From positions 160,001 through 224,000 of the forward strand of contig CAWFGE010000022.1 of the NCBI GenBank assembly GCA_963815195.1: 64,000 nt of DNA, read 5' to 3'. Below the pieces are notes generated by a model that saw only the letters and a list, made by a program, of their open reading frames with translations, was not told the origin of the DNA and made no database searches. Numbering within the stretch: position 1 is the first letter of the stretch; each line of letters opens with the position of its first letter. Position numbers and translations under genes: made by a program. Positions 10,608 through 20,413 of the stretch are shown here, piece after piece. The stretch is from an uncultured Planctomycetaceae bacterium. Its GTDB lineage: Bacteria > Planctomycetota > Planctomycetia > Planctomycetales > Planctomycetaceae.

Positions 10608-11642
10608 ATGACGCCGCGTCCACCCTTTGAAAGCCATCGGCGGTTTACGTGGTTCAAGCCGGAAAAGGCCTTTCCCACCGAATACGAGTCGCTCACGGTC
10701 GGGCAGCAATCCCGCCCGGAGGAATGGATGCACGTCGATTGGCCCGTCCGGTTCGACGACGGCCGCGCTCCCTTTGTGGAAGACTCCACCGCCCTCCGGT
10801 CCGTGGATTGGAAAGGCTTTCGCGACCCGGCGGGATTATTGCAACGAACTCACGTGGCGACGACCAATCGTCAGGAACAGAGCTTGGCGTCGTTCCTTGA
10901 AGAGTCCCACCGCCAAAACCTGTTGAGCCGGCTCAATCCCGCGTGGCGCGACAGCGTGATCGGGAAATATTACGCGGCGTGGCCGTTCGTGGAATACGGC
11001 CAGTTTCTTGCCTTGAGCTATGCGGTGCGGGAAGCCCCGGCGGCGGCTTTGACGTTTGGCCTGGCGTACCAGATCTCCGATAAACTCCGGCACGGCCAGG
11101 ACATCGTGCATTACCTTGCCCTCTTGGAGAACGCAGTGCCCGGGTTCTCGGATGAAAGAGCCCGCGACGCCTGGATGAACGATGCCGCCTTCGTGCCCCT
11201 CCGCGAGCATCTGGAGCGGATTATCCAGACTCGCGACTGGGGCGAGATCATGATTGCCATCCACCTGGTCCTCGAACCGCTCGCGGGCAAGCTTTTGAAA
11301 TCGGAACTGGTGGCGAGGCATGCTGCGGTTCACGGCGATCCGATCTCGCCGGTCATCCTGGCCAACGCGGGAGCCGACGTGCAAAGGCATCAGCAATTCG
11401 CGGTTCAGTTCGCAAAGTTTCTGACCGCGGATCCCCAATTCGGCGAAAGCAACCGCCACGTAATTCGCGGCTGGATGGAGAAGTGGGTTCCAGAAGGCGA
11501 ACAGGCCGCCGCCGCGCTCAAGCCGATTTTTGAGTTGGAGGGTGTATCGCTCGAACGGTTCGAGGACTGCTACGACCGGATTCGCGCCGGGCATCGACGG
11601 ATCATCGCCGGCGCGACCGGATCACCGAAAGGATCCCCATGA
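10608..11642 (+). CDS. Soluble di-iron monooxygenase beta subunit (alkene monooxygenase AmoA/EtnA-like)
   Basis: HRRFTWFKP..PTEYESLTVGQQS..EWMHVDWPVRFDDGRAP..RDP and YAAWPFVEYG resemble recalled Rhodococcus AmoA; its stop overlaps the next start (ATGA). Confidence 0.9.
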   Translation: MTPRPPFESHRRFTWFKPEKAFPTEYESLTVGQQSRPEEWMHVDWPVRFDDGRAPFVEDSTALRSVDWKGFRDPAGLLQRTHVATTNRQEQSLASFLEESHRQNLLSRLNPAWRDSVIGKYYAAWPFVEYGQFLALSYAVREAPAAALTFGLAYQISDKLRHGQDIVHYLALLENAVPGFSDERARDAWMNDAAFVPLREHLERIIQTRDWGEIMIAIHLVLEPLAGKLLKSELVARHAAVHGDPISPVILANAGADVQRHQQFAVQFAKFLTADPQFGESNRHVIRGWMEKWVPEGEQAAAALKPIFELEGVSLERFEDCYDRIRAGHRRIIAGATGSPKGSP

Positions 11643-11941
11643 GCGACTTCGAGGTTTTGAAACGAGATCGAATCGGCGTTTCGCTGATGAACAGCGCGGA
11701 AACGGAAGCGGCCGTCGCGTGGCTGCGCGACCAGTGTCCCGACGCCAGCGTCTCGTTCCGCGATTGCTATTTCAAAATCGAGCGGGATCACGAACTTCGA
11801 TTCGATTTGTCGGCGATCTCGAATTATCTGGGAAGCGAACTCGACGTGGAGACGTTCCTCATCAACCTGAGTTCGTATTACGGGCGCATCGTGGTCGAAG
11901 AGAACTCGATCCGCGTTGTGTCGGAGATTTCTTCAATTTGA
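11639..11941 (+). CDS. Monooxygenase coupling/regulatory protein (MmoB/DmpM family, AmoB/EtnB-like)
   Basis: 100 aa; RIGVSLMNSAETEAAV, FRDCYFKIERD, FLINLSSYYGRIVV; sits between beta and alpha subunits. Confidence 0.9.
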   Translation: MSDFEVLKRDRIGVSLMNSAETEAAVAWLRDQCPDASVSFRDCYFKIERDHELRFDLSAISNYLGSELDVETFLINLSSYYGRIVVEENSIRVVSEISSI

Positions 11942-11976
11942 CGATGGGTCGAACAATCGATTCTCCGAGGAGCAAA

Positions 11977-13484
11977 ATGAAGCCGAGGAAAAACCCCCTC
12001 CTGTTCGATAAGATCGCGTCCTACGACTGGCAGTTCACGACGTCCGAGCGGCAGCCTCCTTTTAAGACGAAGTACGCGATTCCGCACAAAGGCCCCGATG
12101 CGTTTCGGCTTTTGATTCGGGACTATATGCGCATGGAAGCGCAAAAGGACGATCGAACCTACGGGTTTCTGGACGGGGCCTTGCGGATGCGGATGGCCGA
12201 ACAGGTGGAACCGCGGTTCAACGAATGCCTCAAAATCACCTTGCCCGACACGACCAACGCCGAGTATCAGGCCGTGCTGCGCCTGCGGCGGGATTATCGC
12301 GTCTTTTGAAAACCAGGAGCTGCGGCAAGGCTATTACCACCAGATGCTGGACGAAATCCGGCATACGCAGATCCAGATGAAGCTGAGGGAATACTACGTG
12401 AAGCACGCTCCCGACCCGGCGGGTTGGGACATCAATCAGAAGGCGCTCTACCAGCACCCGGCCGGTCTGGTCTCGCTCGGGGAAATGTACCATTTCCATA
12501 CGGGCGACCCGATCGACTGCATTATCGACCTCAACGTGATCGTCGAAACGGCTTTCACGAACGTGCTGCTGGTCGCCGTCCCTCAAGTCGCGGTGGCGAA
12601 CGGCGATCATGCGCTGGCCACGTCGTTCCTCTCCATTCAGTCCGACGAATCGCGGCACATGGCAAACGGTTACGGGTCCCTGTTGTGCGTGCTCCGCGAC
12701 GAACAGAACATCCCGCTGGTCAACGACGCCATCGAACGGCATTTCTGGCGGTGCTCACAAATCGCTCGACGCCATTACCGGTTGGCAGTGCGAGTACGGG
12801 GCACGCGTCAGGCCTTGGGCCTACAAAGACCAATGGAAAGAGTGGATCGTCGACGATTTCGTCGGAAGTTACATCGCCCGGCTGGAACCCTTCGGCGTCC
12901 AGACCCCGCGGTACTTAGGTCGCGCCTTGGACGACGTCCAATGGATGCACCACACGATCGCCCAGTTCCTGGCATCGATCTGGATGCTGAATTGCTGGCG
13001 CACGGACTGCTTGGACGCCGCGGATTACGATTGGTTCGAAAAACACTATCCCGGTTGGACAAATTATTATGGCAAGTTCTGGGATGGGCATCGGCAGATG
13101 ACGGATCCGGCGGATGGGATGATCATGTTGAAGCAACTGGGCTCGGTGCCCGCCTTTTGCCAGGTTTGCAACGTGCCTTGCGTTGTGCCGCGCCCGGATA
13201 TCAACGAAGGCCGGATCACCGAAATCGACGGAAAGCGGTACGCGGTGTGTTGCGAGCCGTGCGAGTGGATCCTGCGGAAATGGCCGGCGGTCTACACGGG
13301 CCGCCGTCAATGGACCGAGCGATACCACGGCTGGGATCTGGCCGACGTCATTCTTGATTTGGGCTACATTCGACCGGATGGAAAGACTCTGATCGGCCAG
13401 CCGTCGCTGGATCTCGACCGCCTGTGGACGATTGAGGACATCCGCAACTTGAATTACGAAGTCCGCAATCCCTTGGCGAAATAA
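11977..13484 (+). CDS. Soluble di-iron monooxygenase alpha subunit (AmoC/EtnC-like), split by two frameshifts (~12280, ~12750)
   Basis: Three consecutive ORF pieces carry all iron ligands: TNAEYQ, MLDEIRH, VETAFTN, QSDESRH, plus C-terminal CQVC..CCEPC and YHGWDLADVI. GAGGAG RBS before ATG 11977. Confidence 0.9.
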
Positions 13485-13659
13485 ATAGAAAACGTCTCGG
13501 GGCCCATCCGGGGCCGCCCATCGGCACACGCCCACTGCCGGGCAGGATGTTCAATTCTTTCGGCCCCGGCAAATCCAGCAGGGTCGGCGGTCGCGAATCC
13601 TGCCGCCACCGGTTAATCGCGGGCGGCCGTTTTTCCTCCGCACCATTGTTATCAGAATG

Positions 13660-13676
13660 ATTGACGCGCAGTCAAT
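13660..13676. promoter_or_regulatory. Palindromic operator-like site ATTGAC-N5-GTCAAT
   Basis: Perfect 6-bp arms in AT-rich intergenic DNA, about 110 bp upstream of a sigma-54 motif. Confidence 0.4.
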
Positions 13677-13783
13677 ATGATGACGATTTATGTAGGATCC
13701 TGGAGCGGATCTCGTTGTCGTCACTGTTCTTAACTCATTTTGTAATAATTGGTTATAACATTTAATCCAACCGTGTCACGGTT

Positions 13784-13799
13784 TGGCATTAAAAATGCT
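13784..13799 (+). promoter_or_regulatory. Putative sigma-54 promoter (-24/-12)
   Basis: TGGCATTAAAAATGCT has GG-N10-GC spacing, ~70 bp upstream of CDS 13867. Confidence 0.55.
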
Positions 13800-13866
13800 T
13801 CGTATGCTAAGTATCCACTGTTGATGGATTTCTGAGTTTCAATGGCATTCCGACAAGGAGATTGAG

Positions 13867-14217
13867 ATGAAAAAGGGTCTTGCAATCGCAGCGTTGGGTT
13901 TGGCGGCCGCGTTTTTTGCCTTTGGGCCTAGCACCGCCCAGGCCGGGCATCACGGACATTGCCGGAGCGGGTATGGCTACGGCGGATCCCGCGGCGGACT
14001 TGGGCTGGGGCTTGGGCTGGGAAACTTGCTCGGCGGCCGGGGCTATGGATACGGCAACTACGGCCGGTCTTATTCCGGTTACAACCGCAATCCCTATTAC
14101 TACGGCAATCGCGGCGTGCCCTACGGCAATTACGGTTACGGCCGAGGCTACGGCTACGGCGGCTACGGCAACGGGGTCCAAGTCCGAACCCCGGGCTTCA
14201 GCTTAGGCCTCTGGTAA
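13867..14217 (+). CDS. Secreted Gly/Tyr-rich low-complexity protein
   Basis: Signal peptide MKKGLAIAALGLAAAFFAFGPSTAQA, GYGYG repeats, AAGGAG RBS. Confidence 0.8.
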   Translation: MKKGLAIAALGLAAAFFAFGPSTAQAGHHGHCRSGYGYGGSRGGLGLGLGLGNLLGGRGYGYGNYGRSYSGYNRNPYYYGNRGVPYGNYGYGRGYGYGGYGNGVQVRTPGFSLGLW

Positions 14218-14418
14218 TCGCCGACGCCGCCGGTCTTCGCGACTTCGCGGGAATGAAAGACCGGTTTCACAAATTTCATTTGCCCGCCGACAGGCTCCTG
14301 ATGGGTCTTGGCACACGGTGTGTCAGCTCGTCAGGAGTCTTTTTTGAACTCCTCGCCGACGCGGCACAAACAGAATCTTGGTTTTGTGAACCATGCAAGA
14401 TACGTTTTGGCGTGGGCC

Positions 14419-16409
14419 TCACTCCGCTTCGTCGGCTTCGTCCATGCCGAGTTGCGCATCTTGCGGTACAGATTCGACCGGTGCAGCCCCAACAGTTCGG
14501 CGGCCTGGCTTATGTTGCGTTGCGCGCGGTGGATCGCCGCGCGGATGTAGGTTTGCTGGAAATCCCGCGTGGCGTCCTTCAGGGTCTGGTCGCCAGCGGG
14601 CATCTGGTGCTCGGCGCCTTGGTCGGGGCTGAGAATGAATGCCAAATCGTCGGCTTCCACGCGCTCGCCCGGACTTAAAAACGCGACCCGCTCCATCAGG
14701 TTGCGCAGTTCGCGGACATTCCCCGGCCAGGCGTGTCCCTGCAACCGGCGGCGGGCCTCGGCGGAAAGCTGCAACGACGGGCGGCGGGCCTGAACGCAAA
14801 ATTGCTTGAGGAAAAACTCGGCCAGCAGCAGAATATCTTCCGGCCGGTCCCGGAGCGGCGGAAGAACCTGCGTGACGACGCTCAATCGATAGTACAAATC
14901 CTCGCGGAACTTCTTGTGGCGCACGGCCTCGGCGAGGTTGGTGTTCGTGGCCGCAACGATTCGCACATCGATCGGGATCGGCTGGGAGCCGCCGACGCGG
15001 GTGATGACTTTTTGCTCCAGCACGCGGAGCAGCTTCGCCTGCCCGCCCAGGCTCATGTCGCCGATCTCGTCCAGAAACAGCGTGCCGGCCTCGGCCAGTT
15101 CGAACTTGCCCTGCCGGGTTTCGCGGGCATCGGTGAAGGAGCCTTTTTCGTGCCCGAACAGCTCGCTTTCCAAGAGCGTCTCCGCGAGTGCGGCACAGTT
15201 GACGGCGACGAAAGGATTCTTTCCGCGCGGCCCCTGATAGTGCAGCGCCTGGGCGACGACTTCTTTCCCCGTCCCGCTTTCGCCCAAAATCAAGACCGGC
15301 AGATCCGTGAGCGCCAGGCGTTCGACGGTGCTGCGGAGAGCGACAATCACCGGGCTTTGGCCAATGAGCTTCACGCCTTCGCGGATTTGCTCGGTGAGCT
15401 GCTCGCGGGTGCGGATGAGCTGCTCCCACTCCCGGGTGTTGCGGATGGCGGTCGCCGCGTGCGTGCCGAGCTGCTTGAGGCTTTCGACATCGTCCTCGGA
15501 AAAGTTGCCGCGATTTTTGTTGATGCACTCGAACGCCCCGATCAGTTCGCCCTCGGGATCGTGCACGGGAACGCAGAGAAGGTTACGGGTTTTGTAGCCG
15601 CTCTGCTTGTCCACGTCGGAATGGAAACGGGGATCCTTGTAGGCGTCGTCGACCTTGATCGTTTCGTTCTTTGCGACGACTTCGCCCACGATGCCCGCGC
15701 CTTCCGGGATGCGGAGCGTCTCGCCTTCCACGCCGAGCGCGGGGCAGGCGACCAGTTCGCGGTGTTCGCGGTCCCAGACGAAAATGCTCGAGCGGTCGCA
15801 ATCCAGGAGCCGGGTGGCTTCGGTGGCGATCACCTCCAGAAGCCGCCCCGATTTTCGCTCCTTGGCGAACGACGAGGTGATCTGCAGCGTGCTCCGCAGC
15901 CGCTCGGCACGCCGGGCCGTGAGTTCGCGGTTCTCCATGATGCGAACCGCCAAACCAAACGACCGCCCCACGACCACCGCCATCGGCAGCCAGTCCGCCG
16001 TCAGCGACCGCCCGCACAACACAAACACATCGCGGACCCCGTCGCTGAATGCCAAAGGCACGCCGACGATTCCCCAGCCGGCGGGAGATTCCAAAGTCTG
16101 GAATCCCGCCGCTTGCTGCTTGACGACTTGCTCGAAAAACCCGGCCGGCAGCTCGTCCAAGGGAAATCGCCCGCATTGTTCGCGGATCGACCATTCCGCG
16201 GCGTTTTCGAGCACGCCGGCCCATTGCACCGCAAATTCGGTGGCCAGTTCCGGGAGCATTTCGTGAAGGAAGGTCTTGGAATCCTCGAGTTCGAGCGCCG
16301 CTCCCAACAGCCGTTCCGACAAATGAATCGCCGCCCCGCCCGTTTCCGATTGCGAAAACCAAGGCAGATCCCGCCAGGTCATCCAGGTGATATTGGACTC
16401 GGAAGTCAT
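14419..16409 (-). CDS. GAF-domain sigma-54 enhancer-binding regulator (Fis-type HTH); frameshift near 14455
   Basis: GESGTGKE, ESELFGHEKGSFTDA, FLDEIGD, WPGNVREL, AAELLGLHRSNLYRKM. The natural tail QLGMDEADEAE* lies in the frame ending at 14419. Confidence 0.9.
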
Positions 16410-16539
16410 CCGTCGCTTGCTCCCCCGGCTGTTGTCAGATTGACGACCGGCCGGGACGGTTTCTGGTAAAATCGACTCACCAGCGCATCATAACAGACAC
16501 ACCCTGTGGAGCAAGACAGGCCAACAACGGCGGGCGTTT

Positions 16540-17172
16540 TCAAAGACCGTCCACGCGCTGCCAGAGGCCGCGGTAAATGGACCAGCCGTCTTTGCGTTTT
16601 TTGCGCTCGAAGCTGGTTTGATAGTCCATGTCGTGTTCCGGTTCTCGCTCGGCGGGCGGGTCGAGCGTGATGAACCGGGGATGACGGTCCATCAGTCCCG
16701 AGATGACGCCAAAGTATTCTTCGACATCGGTCCACGAATGCAGTAACCCGCCCGGTTTGAGAACCTCGGCCGCGAGGTCGGCGAACTCATCGGTGAACAC
16801 CCGCCGCCGCCGGTGTCTTCGCTTCCACCACGGGTCGGGGAAATAGACGTGCACCGCATCGACCGAGGCGGGCGGGACGTGCATGATGAAGGCGGTCCGC
16901 ACGTCGCCGCCGATGACGCGGACGTTATGGAGTCGGCGTTTTTTCAGTCGCCGAGCCGCGCGGCGGGCTTCGCGGTAATCGAGTTCGATGCCCAGGTAAT
17001 TGATGCAGGGGTTCGCTTCGCCGGAGGTGACGAGGAACAAACCCCGGCCGCTGCCCACGTCGATTTCGACGGGATGATCGTTGCCGAAGAACTCGGGCCA
17101 ATCGATCATCCCTTGGGTATTGTGGAGCGTCTGAAACCAGGGACGGAGATCCGGAGGAGCAATGCGCGGCAT
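16540..17172 (-). CDS. trmB: tRNA (guanine-N7)-methyltransferase
   Basis: EIDVGSGRG, YFPDPWWKRRHRRRR, TSFERK motifs. Confidence 0.9.
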   Translation of the reverse strand: MPRIAPPDLRPWFQTLHNTQGMIDWPEFFGNDHPVEIDVGSGRGLFLVTSGEANPCINYLGIELDYREARRAARRLKKRRLHNVRVIGGDVRTAFIMHVPPASVDAVHVYFPDPWWKRRHRRRRVFTDEFADLAAEVLKPGGLLHSWTDVEEYFGVISGLMDRHPRFITLDPPAEREPEHDMDYQTSFERKKRKDGWSIYRGLWQRVDGL

Positions 17173-17186
17173 GAGTCAGTCAGGGG

Positions 17187-17687
17187 TCAATCGATTTTGC
17201 GGTCGCGTTCGATGGGCACGCCGATCATGCTGCCGCTGAAAACCATCCGCTCCCCGACGAAGCCTTGAAAGTCGTACTCCGCCCGACGGCCTTTGCGGAT
17301 CTTGGTGACCTTGGCGGCGAGCACGAGCCGGCAGCCGGGGAACACCGGATAGCGGAAACGCACGTTGTCCATCCCGCCGAAGCCCAGGTAGTCTCCGCCC
17401 AGCAGGTTGTATTTGCGGGCATAAAACCCGGCGAGCTGGGCCGCGCATTCGCAGAGGATCACGCCTGGCATCAGCGGAAAGCCCGGCATATGCCCAGTCG
17501 TCCAAAACTCCTCGTGGGTCACATCCTTATAGCCCACGATCACGTTGTGTTCCTGATCGATCAGCAGAATCCCGCTGAGCTGCTCCATCTCGTGCCGCTG
17601 AGGATTCACCCGGCGGATCTCCTGGAGATCGAACATCGGCTTGTCAAAATTCAGCTTGGACAAATCAACAAATGGTGGAGGAGGCAT
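17187..17687 (-). CDS. FabZ/FabA-family 3-hydroxyacyl-ACP dehydratase
   Basis: NPQR..M, GHMPGFPLMPGVILCECAAQ, VRFRYPVFPG hotdog-fold motifs. Confidence 0.85.
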   Translation of the reverse strand: MPPPPFVDLSKLNFDKPMFDLQEIRRVNPQRHEMEQLSGILLIDQEHNVIVGYKDVTHEEFWTTGHMPGFPLMPGVILCECAAQLAGFYARKYNLLGGDYLGFGGMDNVRFRYPVFPGCRLVLAAKVTKIRKGRRAEYDFQGFVGERMVFSGSMIGVPIERDRKID

Positions 17688-17753
17688 TTGCGCTCAACCT
17701 CGATTTTGGAACAACGGCTTGTGTGGGAACGGATTCTATTATCGATTCGATGC

Positions 17754-17827
17754 GAGGATCGAGGATGGAAGATCGAGGTTAGATATTCAACCTCTCGGCT
17801 AACCTCGATCCTCCATCTTCGATCCTC
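17754..17827. repeat. Heptamer-built inverted repeat (GAGGATC/GAGGATG units)
   Basis: gaggatc gaggatg gaagatc gaggttag ... ctaacctc gatcctc catcttc gatcctc; related units recur near 55108-55140. Confidence 0.8.
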
Positions 17828-17867
17828 ACTCCCTTTGTGGGAGGATGATAACACCGCGGCCGACAGA

Positions 17868-18836
17868 TTAAACGACGGGGCACCCGAGTAGTTCACCAAT
17901 TTGGGAGAGTTCCGTCAAGAGCCGATCGGGGCGAAGTTTTTGATCCGCGACTTCCTCTTTGGTGGCCTCCATGCTGAGCTTGTCCCCCGCATAGAGGGCA
18001 GTCCGCATTCCCAGGGATTTCGCCACCGCCAAATCGTTCGACAAGCGGGAACTGACATACAAAATCTGGTTCGGCTCGATGCCCTCTTCCCGGCAACGGT
18101 CGATGAATGTTTGATACAAAAACTTCGACGGCTTTCGCACCTCCTGCTGATAGGACAACACGAATAGCGAAGTGTTAAAAAGTTCCCCCAACGGCGGCAG
18201 CGGCCCCTGGGCTTTGAGACACCTTAGCAACTGCACGAGCGTAAACGGCTGGGCATCCGCCAAAAGTGCTTGCTGAAAATCTCCCCGAGCCACGGTTTCT
18301 AAAGCCGCGAGGGCCTGGGGGGCGGCTTCGAGACCTTGCAGGCTTCGGTGGTAGAAATAGGCGACCTTCTCGCTGAGCTCGTCCAGGTCGCCGTAGAACT
18401 CGGCATCGTATTCATAATCTTTCTCCTGGAGCTGGTCCAGAATCTGCCGCCAGGCTTGGGAACATTTCACCTCCGGCACGTCGCCTTTCTGTTTGGTGGA
18501 GGCCATTCGCTGGCGTTCCAAAAACTTCCCGAGTTGCTCGTGGAGATATTTCCAGGGCGCGACCGGTTTGCGATACATGGAGTTCCACATTTTGAACTCG
18601 GCGTCCACCTTCTCGAGCGCGATCTGCATCCGCAACTCCTCGGGGACCTCGAACAGCAAATCGCCGTCGGCAATCCGGAGGAGCGTGCCATACACGTTCC
18701 ACGCGACCGCGCGGACCTCCGGCAACGGTTTTAGGTACGCGGTCGCTTTGGGGACTTCCAGTTTCGGAGGCAGCGGCCAGCGAAGATCCTCGCGGTCATC
18801 GAGCCAGTCGGCATACTCTTGCAGCGTCTTTGCCAT
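17868..18836 (-). CDS. HAD-superfamily-like hydrolase
   Basis: WNVYGTLL (degenerate DxxGTL motif I), RKPS, LYVSSRLSNDL..AKSLGMRT, PDRLLTEL. Confidence 0.75.
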   Translation of the reverse strand: MAKTLQEYADWLDDREDLRWPLPPKLEVPKATAYLKPLPEVRAVAWNVYGTLLRIADGDLLFEVPEELRMQIALEKVDAEFKMWNSMYRKPVAPWKYLHEQLGKFLERQRMASTKQKGDVPEVKCSQAWRQILDQLQEKDYEYDAEFYGDLDELSEKVAYFYHRSLQGLEAAPQALAALETVARGDFQQALLADAQPFTLVQLLRCLKAQGPLPPLGELFNTSLFVLSYQQEVRKPSKFLYQTFIDRCREEGIEPNQILYVSSRLSNDLAVAKSLGMRTALYAGDKLSMEATKEEVADQKLRPDRLLTELSQIGELLGCPVV

Positions 18837-19135
18837 GAATGCTTCGGAAGATCATCTAGAAACCAAGAAGGTGCTCAATTCAAAGTGACTCGAATCGATT
18901 AGTCGCAGGGGGGCACCGCCCGCAGGGTGGTCCGCCCCGGTTTATTAATCCTGACCTCGAACCAAAACGAGCGTATGGGTAACGGTGTGAGCGTTCAAGC
19001 TTTCATCATAATGGCAAACCCCGCGGGTGGGGAGTCGCAATCCCATCCAATCGAGAATCCGGCCGCTGGCATCCGGTCTGGTTTCGCGATAGGATGGAAG
19101 AAGCGGGCGGACGGCGGTTTTGACGAGGTTTCCCA

Positions 19136-19318
19136 TTGCGCAGGCGTTTCCCCATCCAAGAGCGGCGATCCCGGCGGCGCGGGGTCTCCACGTTGGATTA
19201 CGCGTTGGTCCTGGGCGTGGTGCTGCCTCTGGCGGCGATCGTCGTGCCCACGAGCATCCGCATGGTGCGGGCCGTGTATGAAATGGTGGTGGTGATGATC
19301 GCGTGGCCGTTCCAATAG
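19136..19318 (+). CDS. Flp-like pilin (start uncertain)
   Basis: RRG|VSTLDYALVLGVVLPL prepilin-like cleavage site followed by a hydrophobic helix; upstream of another pilin and a prepilin peptidase. Confidence 0.6.
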   Translation: MRRRFPIQERRSRRRGVSTLDYALVLGVVLPLAAIVVPTSIRMVRAVYEMVVVMIAWPFQ

Positions 19319-19347
19319 TTCCAACGTCCCGAACCGGGAGCAAGTTC

Positions 19348-19551
19348 ATGTCGCTTCGAGAAGTTTTCAAAAAGTTGCACCGGGATGAGCGGGGCGTGGT
19401 CAGCTTGGAAACGGTGCTCATCATCGCCGCCGTCGCTTTGCCCGTGCTGATCATCATCATCAAATTCGGCTGGCCGAGGATCAAATCCTATTTCGACACG
19501 GGCATGAACCAGCTCGAACGCGAATCCAACGACGCCATCCAGGGCAACTGA
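19348..19551 (+). CDS. Flp family type IVc pilin
   Basis: KLHRDERG|VVSLETVLIIAAVAL; GGAG RBS. Confidence 0.8.
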   Translation: MSLREVFKKLHRDERGVVSLETVLIIAAVALPVLIIIIKFGWPRIKSYFDTGMNQLERESNDAIQGN

Positions 19552-19660
19552 CGGGGAAAATGGCCAATGCCTTTGGGCGAGCGTGGGGCGTAAGCCCCAT
19601 GATGTCTGGGAACGACCAATCCCTCCGAAAACATTTCAAAGAATATCCAGCGGGAATTCC

Positions 19661-20182
19661 ATGTCGGAATGGTTGTTGGCGGGGTTGTTGATTGTCGCCA
19701 GCATCACCGACGTCGGTTGGCAGAAGATTTATAACTGGACGACTTACCCCGGTTTGCTGTTGGGACTCGTGCTGGGCGGACTGCAATTCGGCTGGCCGGG
19801 CTTGGAAGACCGGCTGCTCGCGGTGCTGTTGTGCGGAGGATTGATGTTGTTGGCGTTTTTGCTGATGGGCATCGGCGGCGGCGATGTGAAGCTCATCACC
19901 ATGATGGCCGCGTTTTTGGGGATCGAGCGCGGCGTGGAAGCGATGCTGTGGACGTTCGTTTTGGGAGCGATCGCCGCCGGGGCGGTTTTGATCTGGCAGC
20001 TCGGAGCCTGGCGGATCCTCAAAAAAACCGCCGAGCAACTCCGGGTCGTCCTCAAAGCCAAAACCTGGGTGCCCTTGACGGAAGCAGAACGCCAACCGTT
20101 AACGCGAGGCTTGTTCCTCGCCCCGTCCGCGCTCGCCGCGGTGTGTTTGTTGTGGGCTAACGATTCGTACCATTGGTTTTGA
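19661..20182 (+). CDS. A24 prepilin peptidase (TadV/CpaA-like)
   Basis: ITDV..KIYNW and GIGGGDVKL catalytic Asp motifs; multiple TM helices. Confidence 0.9.
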   Translation: MSEWLLAGLLIVASITDVGWQKIYNWTTYPGLLLGLVLGGLQFGWPGLEDRLLAVLLCGGLMLLAFLLMGIGGGDVKLITMMAAFLGIERGVEAMLWTFVLGAIAAGAVLIWQLGAWRILKKTAEQLRVVLKAKTWVPLTEAERQPLTRGLFLAPSALAAVCLLWANDSYHWF

Positions 20183-20206
20183 TCGGCGTTCGCAATATTG
20201 CGAGTT

Positions 20207-20372
20207 TTCTGGTGCAAATCCGCAGCGCGAAATCCGAAATTCGAAATAAATCCAAAATCCCAATGTCCCAAAACGATTCATATAACGTTACCGGCTCGTA
20301 GGGTTTGGATATTGGAGTTTCGGTCATTCGAATTTGTTTCGGATTTCGAGATTCGGATTTCGGATTTTCCGG
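20207..20372. repeat. ~170 bp palindromic element of AAATCCG heptamers (copy A)
   Basis: Reverse-complement near copy of 30523..30696. Confidence 0.85.
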
Positions 20373-20413
20373 CGCGGCGTCTCGCACGGTGACTTAAGAG
20401 GAGGAGAATTTTC

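Noticed and set aside
12270..12760. Programmed ribosomal frameshifting in the alpha subunit
   Set aside because: No slippery heptamer is visible, and similar indels are scattered across unrelated genes.
10608..13484. Soluble methane monooxygenase or phenol/toluene monooxygenase
   Set aside because: No gamma subunit or ferredoxin; gene order and motifs fit alkene monooxygenase better.
20207..20372. Heptamer elements as CRISPR arrays or coding ORFs
   Set aside because: No repeat-spacer periodicity; their ORFs (FRISDF/IRNPK-type) are repeat translations.
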